A stretch of 38,335 nt of DNA, from IMG/VR virus record IMGVR_UViG_3300032218_001136, positions 1-38,335 of that record; one strand, given 5' to 3'. This DNA comes from a virus. Taxonomy: Duplodnaviria; Caudoviricetes. A program made the translations under genes and the position numbers. Below, one piece after another: positions 14,115 to 25,011 of the stretch (positions are counted from its first letter, which is position 1; each line of letters begins with the position of its first letter). Under the pieces are notes generated by a model. It saw only the letters and a list, made by a program, of their open reading frames with translations, ran no database searches and was not told the DNA's origin.

Positions 14115-15938
14115 TTGCAATCCGTTGAACAAATAGTATCTCTGTACAATGCAAGGCGTGAGGCTCAAGGACCTGTCATGCGCCGTATGCGTGAAGTACG
14201 AGATTTGGCAAACGGGGACATAGTAATACCTTTGTCGGAGTTAGACCGTAACGCGCGTACTAACGTTGCAAACCTGCTCGTACAAGGTCTTGACCAAACA
14301 TCTATGCGTATCGCATCAACAATGCCAATGCCATATTTCCCACCAGTAAAAATGGGTTCGGCAGATTCACAGGAATTGGCACGACTTCGCAAAAAAGTAA
14401 TTCTTTCTTATTGGGATGCAAACAAATTGTCTCTTAAAATGCGCCGCCGTGCTCGTCACTTCCTTGCGTATTCTTCAGCACCAGTATCTATGCGCCCAGA
14501 TTTTCGCAAGATGCAGCCAACTTGGGCAGTGCGAAATCCACTAGATACATACCCAGCAGTTTCTGATGACCCAGACCAGTTAGTACCAGACGATTGCATT
14601 TTTACATACACCAAATCTGCACAATGGCTAATTGACAATTACGGTTCTAAAGTAATTGGACGACTACGCATGGGCAGAGTATCTTTTGATACTCGGTACA
14701 CGCTTATTGAATATATGGATGACCAAGAAGTTGTTGTCTGTGTTATGGGTGCACCAGTATCAGGAGACATGACTCCAGTAGAACGTGCTGGTCTTGAAAC
14801 TGTAGAACTTGAGCGTATGCCAAACCGTACTGGTATGCCACTTGCTGTCATTCCACAACGCATTTCACTAGACCAACCACGTGGTCAGTATGACGGTGTA
14901 CTTGGAATGTACTTTACTCGTGCACGTCTAACTGCTCTCACCGAAATTGCTATTGAGCGAGGAATCTTTCCTGATGAATACCTTGTTGCACGTCCTGGAG
15001 AAAACCCAGAAATTATCCAGATGGCTGATGGAAAGACTGGTCAACTTGGTGTTGTAAAGGGTGGCGACATTCAACAACTACAAACCAACCCTGGCTATAA
15101 GACCGACACAGCGCTTGACCGCCTTGAGCGTCAGGAACGTCTTGAAGGTGCAATTCCTGCAGAGTTCGGTGGAGAATCTGGAACAAACATTCGTACTGGC
15201 CGTAGAGGCGAATCTGTTCTTTCAGCAACAGTTGACTTCCGTGTTCAAGAAGCACAGGCCATTTTTGAAGAAGCCCTCTATGAAGAAGATAAGATTGCTA
15301 TTGCAATCGAAAGGGCTTACTGGGGTAATCAAAAGAAATCATTCTTCTTGCCAGGTCGTGTATCTGGTGGAATGACCAACTATGTTCCTGCAAAAGTATT
15401 TGAAACGGACTTTCACTATGTCAATTATCCATCATCGGGCACGGATGTCAATGGTCTTATCGTTGGTCTTGGCCAGCGCCTTGGCACTGGTCTCATGTCG
15501 AAGGAATCGGCCCGTGAAGCAGACCCACTTATCTCTGACCCTGAGTTGGAAAAGGACAGAATCACAGCAGAAGGAATGGAAGCCGCCTTACTTTCTTCGA
15601 TTCAGACTCAGGCTGCTGACCCTAATGGACCTTATCAACCAGAGGACCTTGCCTTCCTCACCATGCTCACAGTCGAAAAAAATGTTCCGCTCTACGAAGC
15701 AGTCTCGCAAACTCAAGCAAGAGCGCAAGCCCGTCAAGCGGCATTAGCACCAGCAGGTGCACCAGAAACAATGCCAGGACTTGCAACGCCAGGTATGGGA
15801 GCAGAGATGGGCGCAGCACCACCTGCAGGCCCACCTAACGTTCAGGGATTGTTAGCAGCATTACATCAAGCACCAAGCGGTGCTGCAGCGCAACCAGGAA
15901 CTCCTGGTGCTGTATTGAGCCTTGGACAACGACTCTAA
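14115..15938 (+). CDS. Portal (head-tail connector) protein
   Basis: 607-aa mostly helical protein right after the terminase, Pro/Ala-rich C-terminal tail as in podovirus portals; TTG start with RBS AGGAG. Confidence 0.8.
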   Translation: MQSVEQIVSLYNARREAQGPVMRRMREVRDLANGDIVIPLSELDRNARTNVANLLVQGLDQTSMRIASTMPMPYFPPVKMGSADSQELARLRKKVILSYWDANKLSLKMRRRARHFLAYSSAPVSMRPDFRKMQPTWAVRNPLDTYPAVSDDPDQLVPDDCIFTYTKSAQWLIDNYGSKVIGRLRMGRVSFDTRYTLIEYMDDQEVVVCVMGAPVSGDMTPVERAGLETVELERMPNRTGMPLAVIPQRISLDQPRGQYDGVLGMYFTRARLTALTEIAIERGIFPDEYLVARPGENPEIIQMADGKTGQLGVVKGGDIQQLQTNPGYKTDTALDRLERQERLEGAIPAEFGGESGTNIRTGRRGESVLSATVDFRVQEAQAIFEEALYEEDKIAIAIERAYWGNQKKSFFLPGRVSGGMTNYVPAKVFETDFHYVNYPSSGTDVNGLIVGLGQRLGTGLMSKESAREADPLISDPELEKDRITAEGMEAALLSSIQTQAADPNGPYQPEDLAFLTMLTVEKNVPLYEAVSQTQARAQARQAALAPAGAPETMPGLATPGMGAEMGAAPPAGPPNVQGLLAALHQAPSGAAAQPGTPGAVLSLGQRL

Positions 15939-16352
15939 ATGGCAACACAATATCCACAACGTAGTGACCTTCGGAATCCTATGAAGAAACTTGCAGCAAC
16001 AGCAGTACCAGGTCAGACTTATGGCGCAGCAGGCGCACAACTTGCTGCACAAAAAGCAGTACCTATGGCAGCCCCAAACGCACCACAAGCACCACAGCCA
16101 AATCCAAATGCTGTTCCACCTGGTGGTCATGGGCCATTTGATAGAGGAACAGAACGACCACTAGAACCAGTCACCGCAGGTAACCCCCTTGGTGCTGGCC
16201 CAGGTCCAGAAGTAATTTCACAACGCTACCCAGCAGGGTTTGAACCAGGGGGGAAAATCCACATGGCAGACCAACTTCGATATCTATATTCACGTTATCC
16301 AAATCGTGCTTTGCTTGACCTGATTTACCAAGTAGAAAACACTGCTTCGTAA
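15939..16352 (+). CDS. Pro/Gly-rich virion-associated hypothetical protein
   Basis: 137-aa ORF abutting the portal; GQTYG and TERPLEPVTAG.PLGAGPG motifs. Confidence 0.75.
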   Translation: MATQYPQRSDLRNPMKKLAATAVPGQTYGAAGAQLAAQKAVPMAAPNAPQAPQPNPNAVPPGGHGPFDRGTERPLEPVTAGNPLGAGPGPEVISQRYPAGFEPGGKIHMADQLRYLYSRYPNRALLDLIYQVENTAS

Positions 16353-19300
16353 TGCGCTCAGACCAGATTGAAGAACTGGCAAAAATTGACGAAGTAACAA
16401 AACAACGTCAACTTGATAACCAGCAAACGCTTACATGGGAACACGCAGACCGTGCTGGCCGCGCAGCACATGGTGGTTGGTACACAAACCCAAACATTAC
16501 AGCAGCAGCAGGATTATCACCAGTTCCAGTTGATGCACAAGCAATTCATACATCTGTTCAACAGCAAATGGCTAATGCTCATGTTTTATTAGAAGACCCG
16601 TCACGACACATTGCTGGTGCAGATTCAACTGTAACAAAAACATATCAACCAACGTTGACGGATTTGTTAGCAATGGACCCAAATATATTTAATGCACCTC
16701 GTCATAGCCCAACTCCATCATGGTGGGAACAAGTAGACCCTGGCGCTCAATGGCGCAATGTTGAGGTGGATAAAAGCACTGTCAAAACTGCCAATGATTT
16801 CATTTCATTAGACCAAGCACAAGCGTTCAAAGTAATTCATCAACTTGGATATCAACAAATAAAAGATTTGCCAGGCTGGACAAAAACTATTTTTGACCCA
16901 AAAGTAAAATCACGTCAAATTACTTATGACAAATATGGAAACCCAAACCTTACAACCATAGACAACGGAACGTTAGATATCGCTAAAGCCAAGTTTCCAG
17001 AACTCTGGCAGGCAGTTGAACAAATGGACCCAACCATTATGGACAACCATTTTCAACCAGAAAAAAAGCGTGAAGGCTGGGGAAAAGTTACTGGTTATCT
17101 AAAAGATGTAGAACATACGGCTGAAGTTGGTGCACAATTTTGGAATGACCAAGCCGTGAGTTTATATAATGCAGTAAAAGGTTTACCACCTGCAGCAGTT
17201 GAATCGATGGGTGTTGATTCAGGACATTTCAATTTTCTTGCAACTGGAATACGTGGTTTAGCAAAGACTGCAACAACAATTCTTACAGGTGCAGCCCAGG
17301 CAACCAAGGGTGAGGCTGAGTATTTGCTCACTCATATAGGCGGGCCTGATAATAAAAGTATTGGTCAAGATTTTGGTGATTGGAAAAATCTTGTTATCAA
17401 TGGAAACGTACTTACACAAGCAGCAGAAAATATTGTAAAAACTGGAAATCCACAACTTGGTGCTGGATATTTTCCAGCAGGAAAGTCTTTAGCAGATGCA
17501 ATAAGCGCACATGATAAAGGACTTCCAGAAGTTGGTGGTCACGTATGGACACTGGGACGTGCATCAACTGAACCATTGGTACAAATGGGTGTATTGAATC
17601 GTGATGGATATGCTGCTCATGTTGTATCTGGTCTTATTGATGCAACATTTACTGTAGCAACTGACCCTTCAATGTATTTTGACCCACTCAAACTGGGAAT
17701 GGAAGCACTTTCTATTGACCGTGTTGCAGCAACTCACGTACTTGAAGGCCGTGCTGCACAAAAAGTATTGAAATACTGGGAAGCAGCACGTGAATCGGCT
17801 GGTCTTGGAAAAATTATTAACGTTTCAGATGAATTAGCGCCTGCATATTACGACCTTGGCGGTGCTGGAGAAGATTTTATTCATGGTGCTTGGCAACGTG
17901 TTGATTCAATTACCCCAGAGTTTGATAAAGCAGCAGAAGAACTTGCTGCAAAAACTGTAGATGGTATCGACCTCGCTGGAATGGATTCACCACCTGTACC
18001 AAAGTTTGAGGATTCGAGTATCGAAGGCGTAAAGATGGCACACGGTCTCATTCCGCAAGCAGATGGTGGATATGCAATGTCACCACTTGATATTGATTTG
18101 TTGCAAGCAACCAAGTCTGGTCGCCGAACTCTACAAAAACTTACTGAATATGATTCTGTTGGTCAACTTTACGAGAAAAATCTGGGAAGAATACCTACTG
18201 GACTTGCCCATGAAATCCAGACTTATGTTGAGGGTGAACGTGTATTAGGAAAAGCACCAGATTTGGATAAGGTATTTGAAATCTTGAAAAAGGGCGCATT
18301 GTCTGGTGACCCTCTATACAACTTGGCTGAACGCCCTGGAATGATACGTCAACTTGTGCATGATACTGGAACTCAGGTTTCGTATTGGACATCAAATAAG
18401 ACTCGTCAACTACAAGCAGCACCACGTGAGTTTTGGTTTGACTGGCATGACCCAGAGAGTTCATTGAAAAATATGAAACTCATTATGACCAACATGAAAG
18501 TTCCTGCAGCAAAACGTGAAGAAATGCTGACTGCAGCAATTAAAACATTGGTTGAAAAAGGACCAAAGGGTAAGTTTGATTTGGCCACAAAGTTCCAACA
18601 AGAAATTTTGCGGCCAGCACTAGAGGCTGCTGGTATGGATGATAATGCTATTAAAGAATGGACACGTTGGTCCAAATACGATAACTCAATCAAACAGACT
18701 TTGATGGACCGATTTGGTAATTCTTATCCAATGGACCATCTAACAAAAGGAACAGATGTTGTTCGTGAAGTAGACATGATGAACAACGGTTTCAAAATGA
18801 TAGACCCAGAATCATATAACCGTCTCATGCGTGAAACCGCAGCATGGACCAAAATGATAAAGCCACTACGTGAATCTGAAACTGTTGGTGGAATAGTAAA
18901 TGATTTCCTAGACAAGTACAACGTTTCTGCTCAATGGATTTCTAATGCTCAAAATAAAGTTCTAAAGCCTTTGTCTATGGGTGCACCATTCCCTATTGCG
19001 CTTGGTGTTCGAATGGCTATCACTGATGCTTTGATGACAATATCTGCTGGAGAAACTCCACTTGAGTTTATGCAAGTTGTTCATGCTTTTGGTCATGGTG
19101 GTTGGGATACTCACGGTGAAGTAATTAAGGGTGCACGTGAAATTACAAAAATTGGTATTCAAATGGAAGAACGAGCAAAACTCGGTCAATATCTAATTGA
19201 TGCCCAACTTGCTGGAGATACTACAAAAGAAGTAAAACTATTATCACGCATTGCTAAACACGAAAAAGAATATGGAACTGTTGATGAAATGCGGAAGATG

Positions 19301-21859
19301 ATTGACACATATAACGAACGTGCTGACATGATTCTTCCTGGAATGAATCGTAATGCTGCAAGTCGCCTTCGCGGCCTTGGCCAAGAAGAAATGAAAAACC
19401 CTCAAATGATTAGATACCGTGCGGCTAACGGTGCACAAACTGCAGACCGTTTGGAAAATCCTGAACAATGGGTAATTGGTACAGCACGTGACCTTGCACG
19501 TCAATCAGCATCACCAACCTACCGTGAGGTAGCAAAAGAGATTATTACCAATGGACCAGATAAAGCATTGGAAAATCTAACCAAACGTTTCCATAGTGGA
19601 GACCTTCGAGATATGTTTGTCAACAATCACCTTCGAGGTGTAGCAAATCAAGACCCAACATATGTTTGGGACTCAGTTACTGGGATAAACAAATGGTTAA
19701 AAGACATCATTATCCCAGACATTATGACTCGCACTAACGGAGATACAAATCTTCTTAATGTAGTTGCTTCTGGAATGATTGACGGAACTCGCGCAGAAAT
19801 CAAAGTTGCCGAACGACTTTATGAAGCGCACCCATATTTGAAAAAGTATGTACGTGAAACACTGCTGGAAGACCCAACCGCTCCAAATAAGGTGCTATTC
19901 CACCCTGACTTTGTTACTAAAAAAACAATGGAAAGCAGTGGAAATATGTTAATGACAGGAATGTCAAAAACATTGAATGTTGTATCTAGCAAACTCATGC
20001 GTGAACCATTGGGTCAATATTGGAAATGGACAGCAGTTAGCGAACTTATTCCAGCAATGAAACCATCAGAAGCAAAAGCAATGTTGGCAACAGTTGAAAA
20101 ACTTTCAGATTTTCCTAAATCACTTATTGAAACCATACGTGAATTAGTTCCAGAAGCACGTGGCACTGCATCACGCAAAGAAATTGAACTACTTGGAACG
20201 CTTGCATCGCAACGAAAAATATCAGACTTATTTTATGAGGCTGGACAAAAGTCATTTTTTGGTCGTAGGCACAATTTAATGTACGCATTTATGGACCCGT
20301 ATATCCAACATTGGATGAAATGGGGTCGTGCTATTGCAATGAAACCAACAATTCTTGAACAGGGACGTGTGCTTCAGCAGGGTATGCAAAATATTGAAGT
20401 TCCATCTTGGGCTGGTGGTCAACCATCAAAGGGATTTGAATTTAATGACCCAAGTGTTGGTCGTGTATTTGGATTTCCTATAAGTAATTTGCCAACAGAA
20501 CAACTTGGTTTGCATACAAGAGAATTAATTCCAACAAAAAATCTTTCACTTGCCCCAATGGCGGCACCAGGAGCATTTGGTATTGGTGCATATGGATTAG
20601 ATATGGCATTGAGTCAATTTGGAAAAAATAACCCATATACAAATTCATTACGACATATCTTTTTTCCACGAGGGACAACAACTATCCCTCAATCTTTACC
20701 AGATTATTTTATTCCAGCATGGGGTCAAGCAGTTTTAACTGGTGCTGCTGGTGTTGCAGTAAAGGCTGGAATGAATCCAGATATATTTGACAAAATGACA
20801 AACCTTTTTAGTGGTCAGCAAAATGGTCGCAATCAGGCTCAGATTGCACAAAAGGTAATGACAGCCAATGCGGCCAACTGGGGAGAACTTGATACACCAG
20901 AAAAACGTTCTGCATTTATCCAGGATTCACAATCAAAAGCAGTATGGGTTGGTTTGCTTCAAGGCGTATTTAAGTGGCTAGTTCCTGGTTCCCCGTATAC
21001 GCAGTATTACACCAAAATTGGCGACACTATTGTAAGTCAGGGTGAGGCAATTAGTGACCTTCGAGCAACTACAAATAATGCTTTATCTAATGGAAAAACA
21101 TATGATGAAGGTGTACAAGAATGGTTGCAAAAAGTTGGTCCAGATGGTTGGATTTATCTTACTGGTGCATCAAAAACAACTCCTGGTATGCAGCCAACTA
21201 AAGAATGGTATTCATGGTGGCAGCAAAATAGTCATGTCATGGACAAGTATCCAAATGCTGGTGGTTTTTTAGGACCACAATTTGGTGTATTTTCACCTGA
21301 CGCGAACCGTGAACTTATTGCTTCACAAGACCGAAAATATAAAACACTTAATGAACGTTTGTGGGATTCACAGGCTTCACTTGCTAAATCTATTATCAAT
21401 AATGCTATTGAAAATTATGTAAAACAGGGTGAAACTATTGGATTGACCCGTGACAAAGTATTTAACAACGACAGTTTTATCCAAAATATGAAAATTATTA
21501 AAGACCAAGTTCGTACAAAGTATCCAGCATATGACCCTAAATTATATTCTGCAGAAATGGAAGCACTGAGAACTAAACAATTCGATGAAATTGCCCTTAT
21601 GGCAAAAGACAAAAATGTACTTAATGCAGACTCTGGTAAAGGTCTTGCTACCTATTGGGATTTTAGAACAAATATGGTTAGCGCATGGAAATCTGCATAT
21701 CCAAGTCAAACATATGATACTTGGAAAACTTCTACTGCATCAGCAAACTTCCGTCAAGCGCTATATGACAAGGGTATTGAACAAGTAAAACTGCACCCAG
21801 AGTTCAGTTCTATTTGGGAAAAAGTACTTTCACGAGAGTTTGACCCGCCAATACCATGA
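16352..21859 (+). CDS. Large putative internal virion / DNA-ejection protein, 1835 aa
   Basis: Very long ORF in the structural operon with no tape-measure context (no tail tube or chaperone genes nearby). Function inferred from size and context. Confidence 0.6.
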   Translation: MRSDQIEELAKIDEVTKQRQLDNQQTLTWEHADRAGRAAHGGWYTNPNITAAAGLSPVPVDAQAIHTSVQQQMANAHVLLEDPSRHIAGADSTVTKTYQPTLTDLLAMDPNIFNAPRHSPTPSWWEQVDPGAQWRNVEVDKSTVKTANDFISLDQAQAFKVIHQLGYQQIKDLPGWTKTIFDPKVKSRQITYDKYGNPNLTTIDNGTLDIAKAKFPELWQAVEQMDPTIMDNHFQPEKKREGWGKVTGYLKDVEHTAEVGAQFWNDQAVSLYNAVKGLPPAAVESMGVDSGHFNFLATGIRGLAKTATTILTGAAQATKGEAEYLLTHIGGPDNKSIGQDFGDWKNLVINGNVLTQAAENIVKTGNPQLGAGYFPAGKSLADAISAHDKGLPEVGGHVWTLGRASTEPLVQMGVLNRDGYAAHVVSGLIDATFTVATDPSMYFDPLKLGMEALSIDRVAATHVLEGRAAQKVLKYWEAARESAGLGKIINVSDELAPAYYDLGGAGEDFIHGAWQRVDSITPEFDKAAEELAAKTVDGIDLAGMDSPPVPKFEDSSIEGVKMAHGLIPQADGGYAMSPLDIDLLQATKSGRRTLQKLTEYDSVGQLYEKNLGRIPTGLAHEIQTYVEGERVLGKAPDLDKVFEILKKGALSGDPLYNLAERPGMIRQLVHDTGTQVSYWTSNKTRQLQAAPREFWFDWHDPESSLKNMKLIMTNMKVPAAKREEMLTAAIKTLVEKGPKGKFDLATKFQQEILRPALEAAGMDDNAIKEWTRWSKYDNSIKQTLMDRFGNSYPMDHLTKGTDVVREVDMMNNGFKMIDPESYNRLMRETAAWTKMIKPLRESETVGGIVNDFLDKYNVSAQWISNAQNKVLKPLSMGAPFPIALGVRMAITDALMTISAGETPLEFMQVVHAFGHGGWDTHGEVIKGAREITKIGIQMEERAKLGQYLIDAQLAGDTTKEVKLLSRIAKHEKEYGTVDEMRKMIDTYNERADMILPGMNRNAASRLRGLGQEEMKNPQMIRYRAANGAQTADRLENPEQWVIGTARDLARQSASPTYREVAKEIITNGPDKALENLTKRFHSGDLRDMFVNNHLRGVANQDPTYVWDSVTGINKWLKDIIIPDIMTRTNGDTNLLNVVASGMIDGTRAEIKVAERLYEAHPYLKKYVRETLLEDPTAPNKVLFHPDFVTKKTMESSGNMLMTGMSKTLNVVSSKLMREPLGQYWKWTAVSELIPAMKPSEAKAMLATVEKLSDFPKSLIETIRELVPEARGTASRKEIELLGTLASQRKISDLFYEAGQKSFFGRRHNLMYAFMDPYIQHWMKWGRAIAMKPTILEQGRVLQQGMQNIEVPSWAGGQPSKGFEFNDPSVGRVFGFPISNLPTEQLGLHTRELIPTKNLSLAPMAAPGAFGIGAYGLDMALSQFGKNNPYTNSLRHIFFPRGTTTIPQSLPDYFIPAWGQAVLTGAAGVAVKAGMNPDIFDKMTNLFSGQQNGRNQAQIAQKVMTANAANWGELDTPEKRSAFIQDSQSKAVWVGLLQGVFKWLVPGSPYTQYYTKIGDTIVSQGEAISDLRATTNNALSNGKTYDEGVQEWLQKVGPDGWIYLTGASKTTPGMQPTKEWYSWWQQNSHVMDKYPNAGGFLGPQFGVFSPDANRELIASQDRKYKTLNERLWDSQASLAKSIINNAIENYVKQGETIGLTRDKVFNNDSFIQNMKIIKDQVRTKYPAYDPKLYSAEMEALRTKQFDEIALMAKDKNVLNADSGKGLATYWDFRTNMVSAWKSAYPSQTYDTWKTSTASANFRQALYDKGIEQVKLHPEFSSIWEKVLSREFDPPIP

Positions 21860-21874
21860 GGCTAAGGAACTAGT

Positions 21875-22780
21875 ATGTCTAATATGCAGCCAGAATTGAC
21901 CCCACAAAAACAGGAACCAATACCAACAACGACTGTTCCCGTCACTCCTTCATCAACAATTCCTGGCAAGTCAACGCCTTCTAGCACAATTCCACCAGTA
22001 ACTACCCCAACTACGTTGCCTTATGTTCCAACAACTGTATCGCCTACTCAAACCACAACCCCAGCAACTACTGGAACGACACTTCCACCGTTAGTTATTG
22101 TCGGCAGTGGCACTGGTCAAAAAGGTGACTGGGACCCCGCATATCAAATGCCTTGGAATAACCCAGCAACGGCAGCAAAGTTTGACTCAACTGTAATCAA
22201 GACAGATGCTGCATATCAATACACAGGTAAAGATATCAACATTTGGTTGCGTCAAACTCCAGCAGATGCAAAGCGTTGGCAAAGTCTTATGGTCCAGGCT
22301 TTTCCTGGAAAACTTACGCTTAGCCAAGCACAATACGGAAACGTTGCAGATAAAGAAACACAGTCGTTTTTCAAAAATACTTTGCTTTTGTATATCAATA
22401 CTTCACCAGATTTGCGTGGTATGAAAATTGAAGATGCTCTCACTTATTTAGCAGCCAACCCAGTTCAACTTGGTGGTGCTGGTGGTGGAAGAAAAGTCAG
22501 CCTTACAAATAAAGCAGACCTTGAAGAGTCGCTGAACCAAACTGCAGAATCAGTACTTGGAAGGCGACTTGGCCCACAAGAAGCCCCACTTCTAAAGGCT
22601 TTTGTCAATCAGTTCCATAAAGCCGAAACAACATATCAAACTGGTGGAAGCGGTAGAGAACAAGCACCTGCTGCTTCAGTTGCAGCAAAACAAATGCTGA
22701 CTGAAAAACTTCCAACAGAGGCTAAAGCCAATGATTACAGCAGTTATATTGGCGCACTATCCAAGTTGCTCGGAGCGTAA
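21875..22780 (+). CDS. Putative internal virion protein with Thr/Pro-rich N-terminus
   Basis: 301-aa ORF with RBS AAGGA, within the structural operon. Confidence 0.6.
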   Translation: MSNMQPELTPQKQEPIPTTTVPVTPSSTIPGKSTPSSTIPPVTTPTTLPYVPTTVSPTQTTTPATTGTTLPPLVIVGSGTGQKGDWDPAYQMPWNNPATAAKFDSTVIKTDAAYQYTGKDINIWLRQTPADAKRWQSLMVQAFPGKLTLSQAQYGNVADKETQSFFKNTLLLYINTSPDLRGMKIEDALTYLAANPVQLGGAGGGRKVSLTNKADLEESLNQTAESVLGRRLGPQEAPLLKAFVNQFHKAETTYQTGGSGREQAPAASVAAKQMLTEKLPTEAKANDYSSYIGALSKLLGA

Positions 22781-22782
22781 CA

Positions 22783-23823
22783 ATGTTTTCACAAGACCAA
22801 GTAGACCAAACGTTCCTTGACAAAGTTGCTCAACTTCATGCACAAAGTGGTGTAGTTGACGACCTTGCTAAAGCAAAAGCAAAGTTTCCAAAACTCTATC
22901 AAGAGACGCTAACTGCCGTGCAAAATGCAGCACAAAATCCAGCCGATACTTCTTGGCAGGAGTTTGCTCGAACCCAATACGGTTGGGTACTAGACCTTTA
23001 CAATGCAGTTCCAGAACTTCAATCAATTATTGACGCAGCAGTTGCTTCCAAATGGACTGCAGCACGTTTCACTAATGCAGTTGAATCAACTAACTGGTGG
23101 AAAACAACAGAAGCCAAGCAACGTAATTATGTAAACCTGCAAAATACAGACCCATCTACGCTTGCCCACAACATTTCGCAAATGAAAGACCAAGTGGCCA
23201 AAGTAATTGGCGCTACTGGATATACCCTTGATGATGCAACTATTCAGGCACTTGCTGATAAAGCATATAAGTTTGGTTGGACTTCAACCGAACTAGATAA
23301 ATATGTAGGTTCAGAAGTAATCAAACATAGGGCTGGTGCTTCTAGCGGTCAGGATATTACCGAAGGCGCTGATGCTGCCAATGTCCGTCAACTCGCTATG
23401 GATTACGGGTTATCCCTCACGCCAGATGCTATTGATTCATATACCAAAGCACTGGTTTCTAAACAATTTACGACAGAGCAAATCAAGCAACATATGCAAA
23501 TGGATGCAGAGAACTTGTACCCAGCACTTAAGGGCCAGTTGCAAATGGGACGAACGGTTGGTCAGATTACCTCTCCGTACAAGCAACTTGCAGCAACTGT
23601 GCTCAACATTGACCCAAACGCAGTTGACTTTACTGATGCAGAAAAGTGGGGTCGTTTGCTTTCTTATCAAGACCCTAAGAGTAATGAGACCAGAATGATG
23701 AACGTATCCGAGTGGCAGCGTTATTTGCAAACTCTTCCAGAGTGGCAGCAAACAGATGATGCTAAGAACATTTATCGGTCATTAGCGTCTACGATTACAC
23801 GTGACTTCGGAAAGGTAAAATAA
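22783..23823 (+). CDS. Putative internal virion protein
   Basis: 346-aa helical ORF tightly coupled to its neighbours. Confidence 0.6.
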   Translation: MFSQDQVDQTFLDKVAQLHAQSGVVDDLAKAKAKFPKLYQETLTAVQNAAQNPADTSWQEFARTQYGWVLDLYNAVPELQSIIDAAVASKWTAARFTNAVESTNWWKTTEAKQRNYVNLQNTDPSTLAHNISQMKDQVAKVIGATGYTLDDATIQALADKAYKFGWTSTELDKYVGSEVIKHRAGASSGQDITEGADAANVRQLAMDYGLSLTPDAIDSYTKALVSKQFTTEQIKQHMQMDAENLYPALKGQLQMGRTVGQITSPYKQLAATVLNIDPNAVDFTDAEKWGRLLSYQDPKSNETRMMNVSEWQRYLQTLPEWQQTDDAKNIYRSLASTITRDFGKVK

Positions 23824-24872
23824 TGAGTAACGTACCTGGACCTGCATCACAGTATGGAAACCCAATGTTTGGTATCCAAGAACGTATGGCTAACTGGCAA
23901 GGCCCAGGTCCTGGTCCAATCATTCCCCCAACCTCACCCACTGAACCAGTTATTCCAAACATTGTTTATACATTGCCAACCACGACTTATGCTCCAATAG
24001 CCCCATCGACCCCTACGCTGCTCGCAGAGCAGACTTCCGCACAAGATGAACTAAAGGCAGTGTTGGCCCGCTACGGTCTCTCTGGACTCTTTGCTGACCT
24101 TAATGCCGCAGTTATTGCAGACAAAACACTAGTAAATAACTCTGATGCTTTGTTTGCCAAGGTTCGTAATAACCCTGTATATATTGAACGATTTAAAGGT
24201 AATGCCCAACGAGTAGCGGCTGGTCTTCCTGAACTTACTCCTGCTGAATACATTGCTCAAGAACAGTCATACAAGTCAGTGTTAGTCAATTCTGGGCTAC
24301 CACGTGGTTTTTACGATAGTCAAACCGATTTTGCTAACTTCATATCAAAGGACATATCCCCAGCAGAACTCAGTAATCGAATTGAAATGGGATACAAGCA
24401 GGTAATGAACGCTTCCCCAGACGTAGTTGCTCAACTCAAGCGCATGGCAAACCTCACCGATGGCGACATTGCCGCTTATTTTCTTGACCCAACTAAGTCA
24501 CAAATCGATATTGAACAGAAAGCCCGTGCAGCCAATATCGCCGCCCAGGCTTCTGGCGGTGCTGGGTATCAACTTACTATGGAAGAGGCACAAGCCCTTG
24601 CCAAACGTGGAATTACTACAGCCCAGGCTGAAGCAGGTTTTGGTCAGATTGGACAACAGGCTGAACTGTATAAGACCCTTGAAGGTGAGCAACAGATTAG
24701 CCAGGCTGATGTAATTGCTGGAACTTTCACAAATGAACAAGCAGCACAGGCCAGAATTGCTCAGCGTAAGCGTCAGCGCCAAGGTTCATTTGAAGCAGGC
24801 GGTGGTTACGCAACATCCAACTCACTCACTTCTTCAACCAAGAACGTGGGACTTTCCACAGTCGGACAATAA
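23823..24872 (+). CDS. Putative internal virion protein
   Basis: 349-aa ORF, Pro-rich N-terminus, Ala/Gln-rich helical C-terminus. Confidence 0.6.
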   Translation: MSNVPGPASQYGNPMFGIQERMANWQGPGPGPIIPPTSPTEPVIPNIVYTLPTTTYAPIAPSTPTLLAEQTSAQDELKAVLARYGLSGLFADLNAAVIADKTLVNNSDALFAKVRNNPVYIERFKGNAQRVAAGLPELTPAEYIAQEQSYKSVLVNSGLPRGFYDSQTDFANFISKDISPAELSNRIEMGYKQVMNASPDVVAQLKRMANLTDGDIAAYFLDPTKSQIDIEQKARAANIAAQASGGAGYQLTMEEAQALAKRGITTAQAEAGFGQIGQQAELYKTLEGEQQISQADVIAGTFTNEQAAQARIAQRKRQRQGSFEAGGGYATSNSLTSSTKNVGLSTVGQ

Positions 24873-24892
24873 CTACATTTCTTTTTTGATTG

Positions 24893-25011
24893 TGGTACAG
24901 TAAAACTACCTGCACGGGAGACCCCCGACCTGTGTGGAGCATATGGGGTGACCAATCAACAGCAGCCACCGTGTACCTCGGACATGGTGTGGGCAGAAAC
25001 GAGAGTGCAAT
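24893..25011 (+). promoter_or_regulatory. Extended -10 promoter and structured 5' leader of the scaffold/capsid operon
   Basis: TG-G-TACAGT (24893-24901) followed by two hairpins whose loops match downstream sequence. Confidence 0.6.

Noticed and set aside
16352-21859. Tape measure protein or virion RNA polymerase
   Set aside because: No tail tube or chaperone context, no clear periodic repeats, and no polymerase motif that I can recognise.
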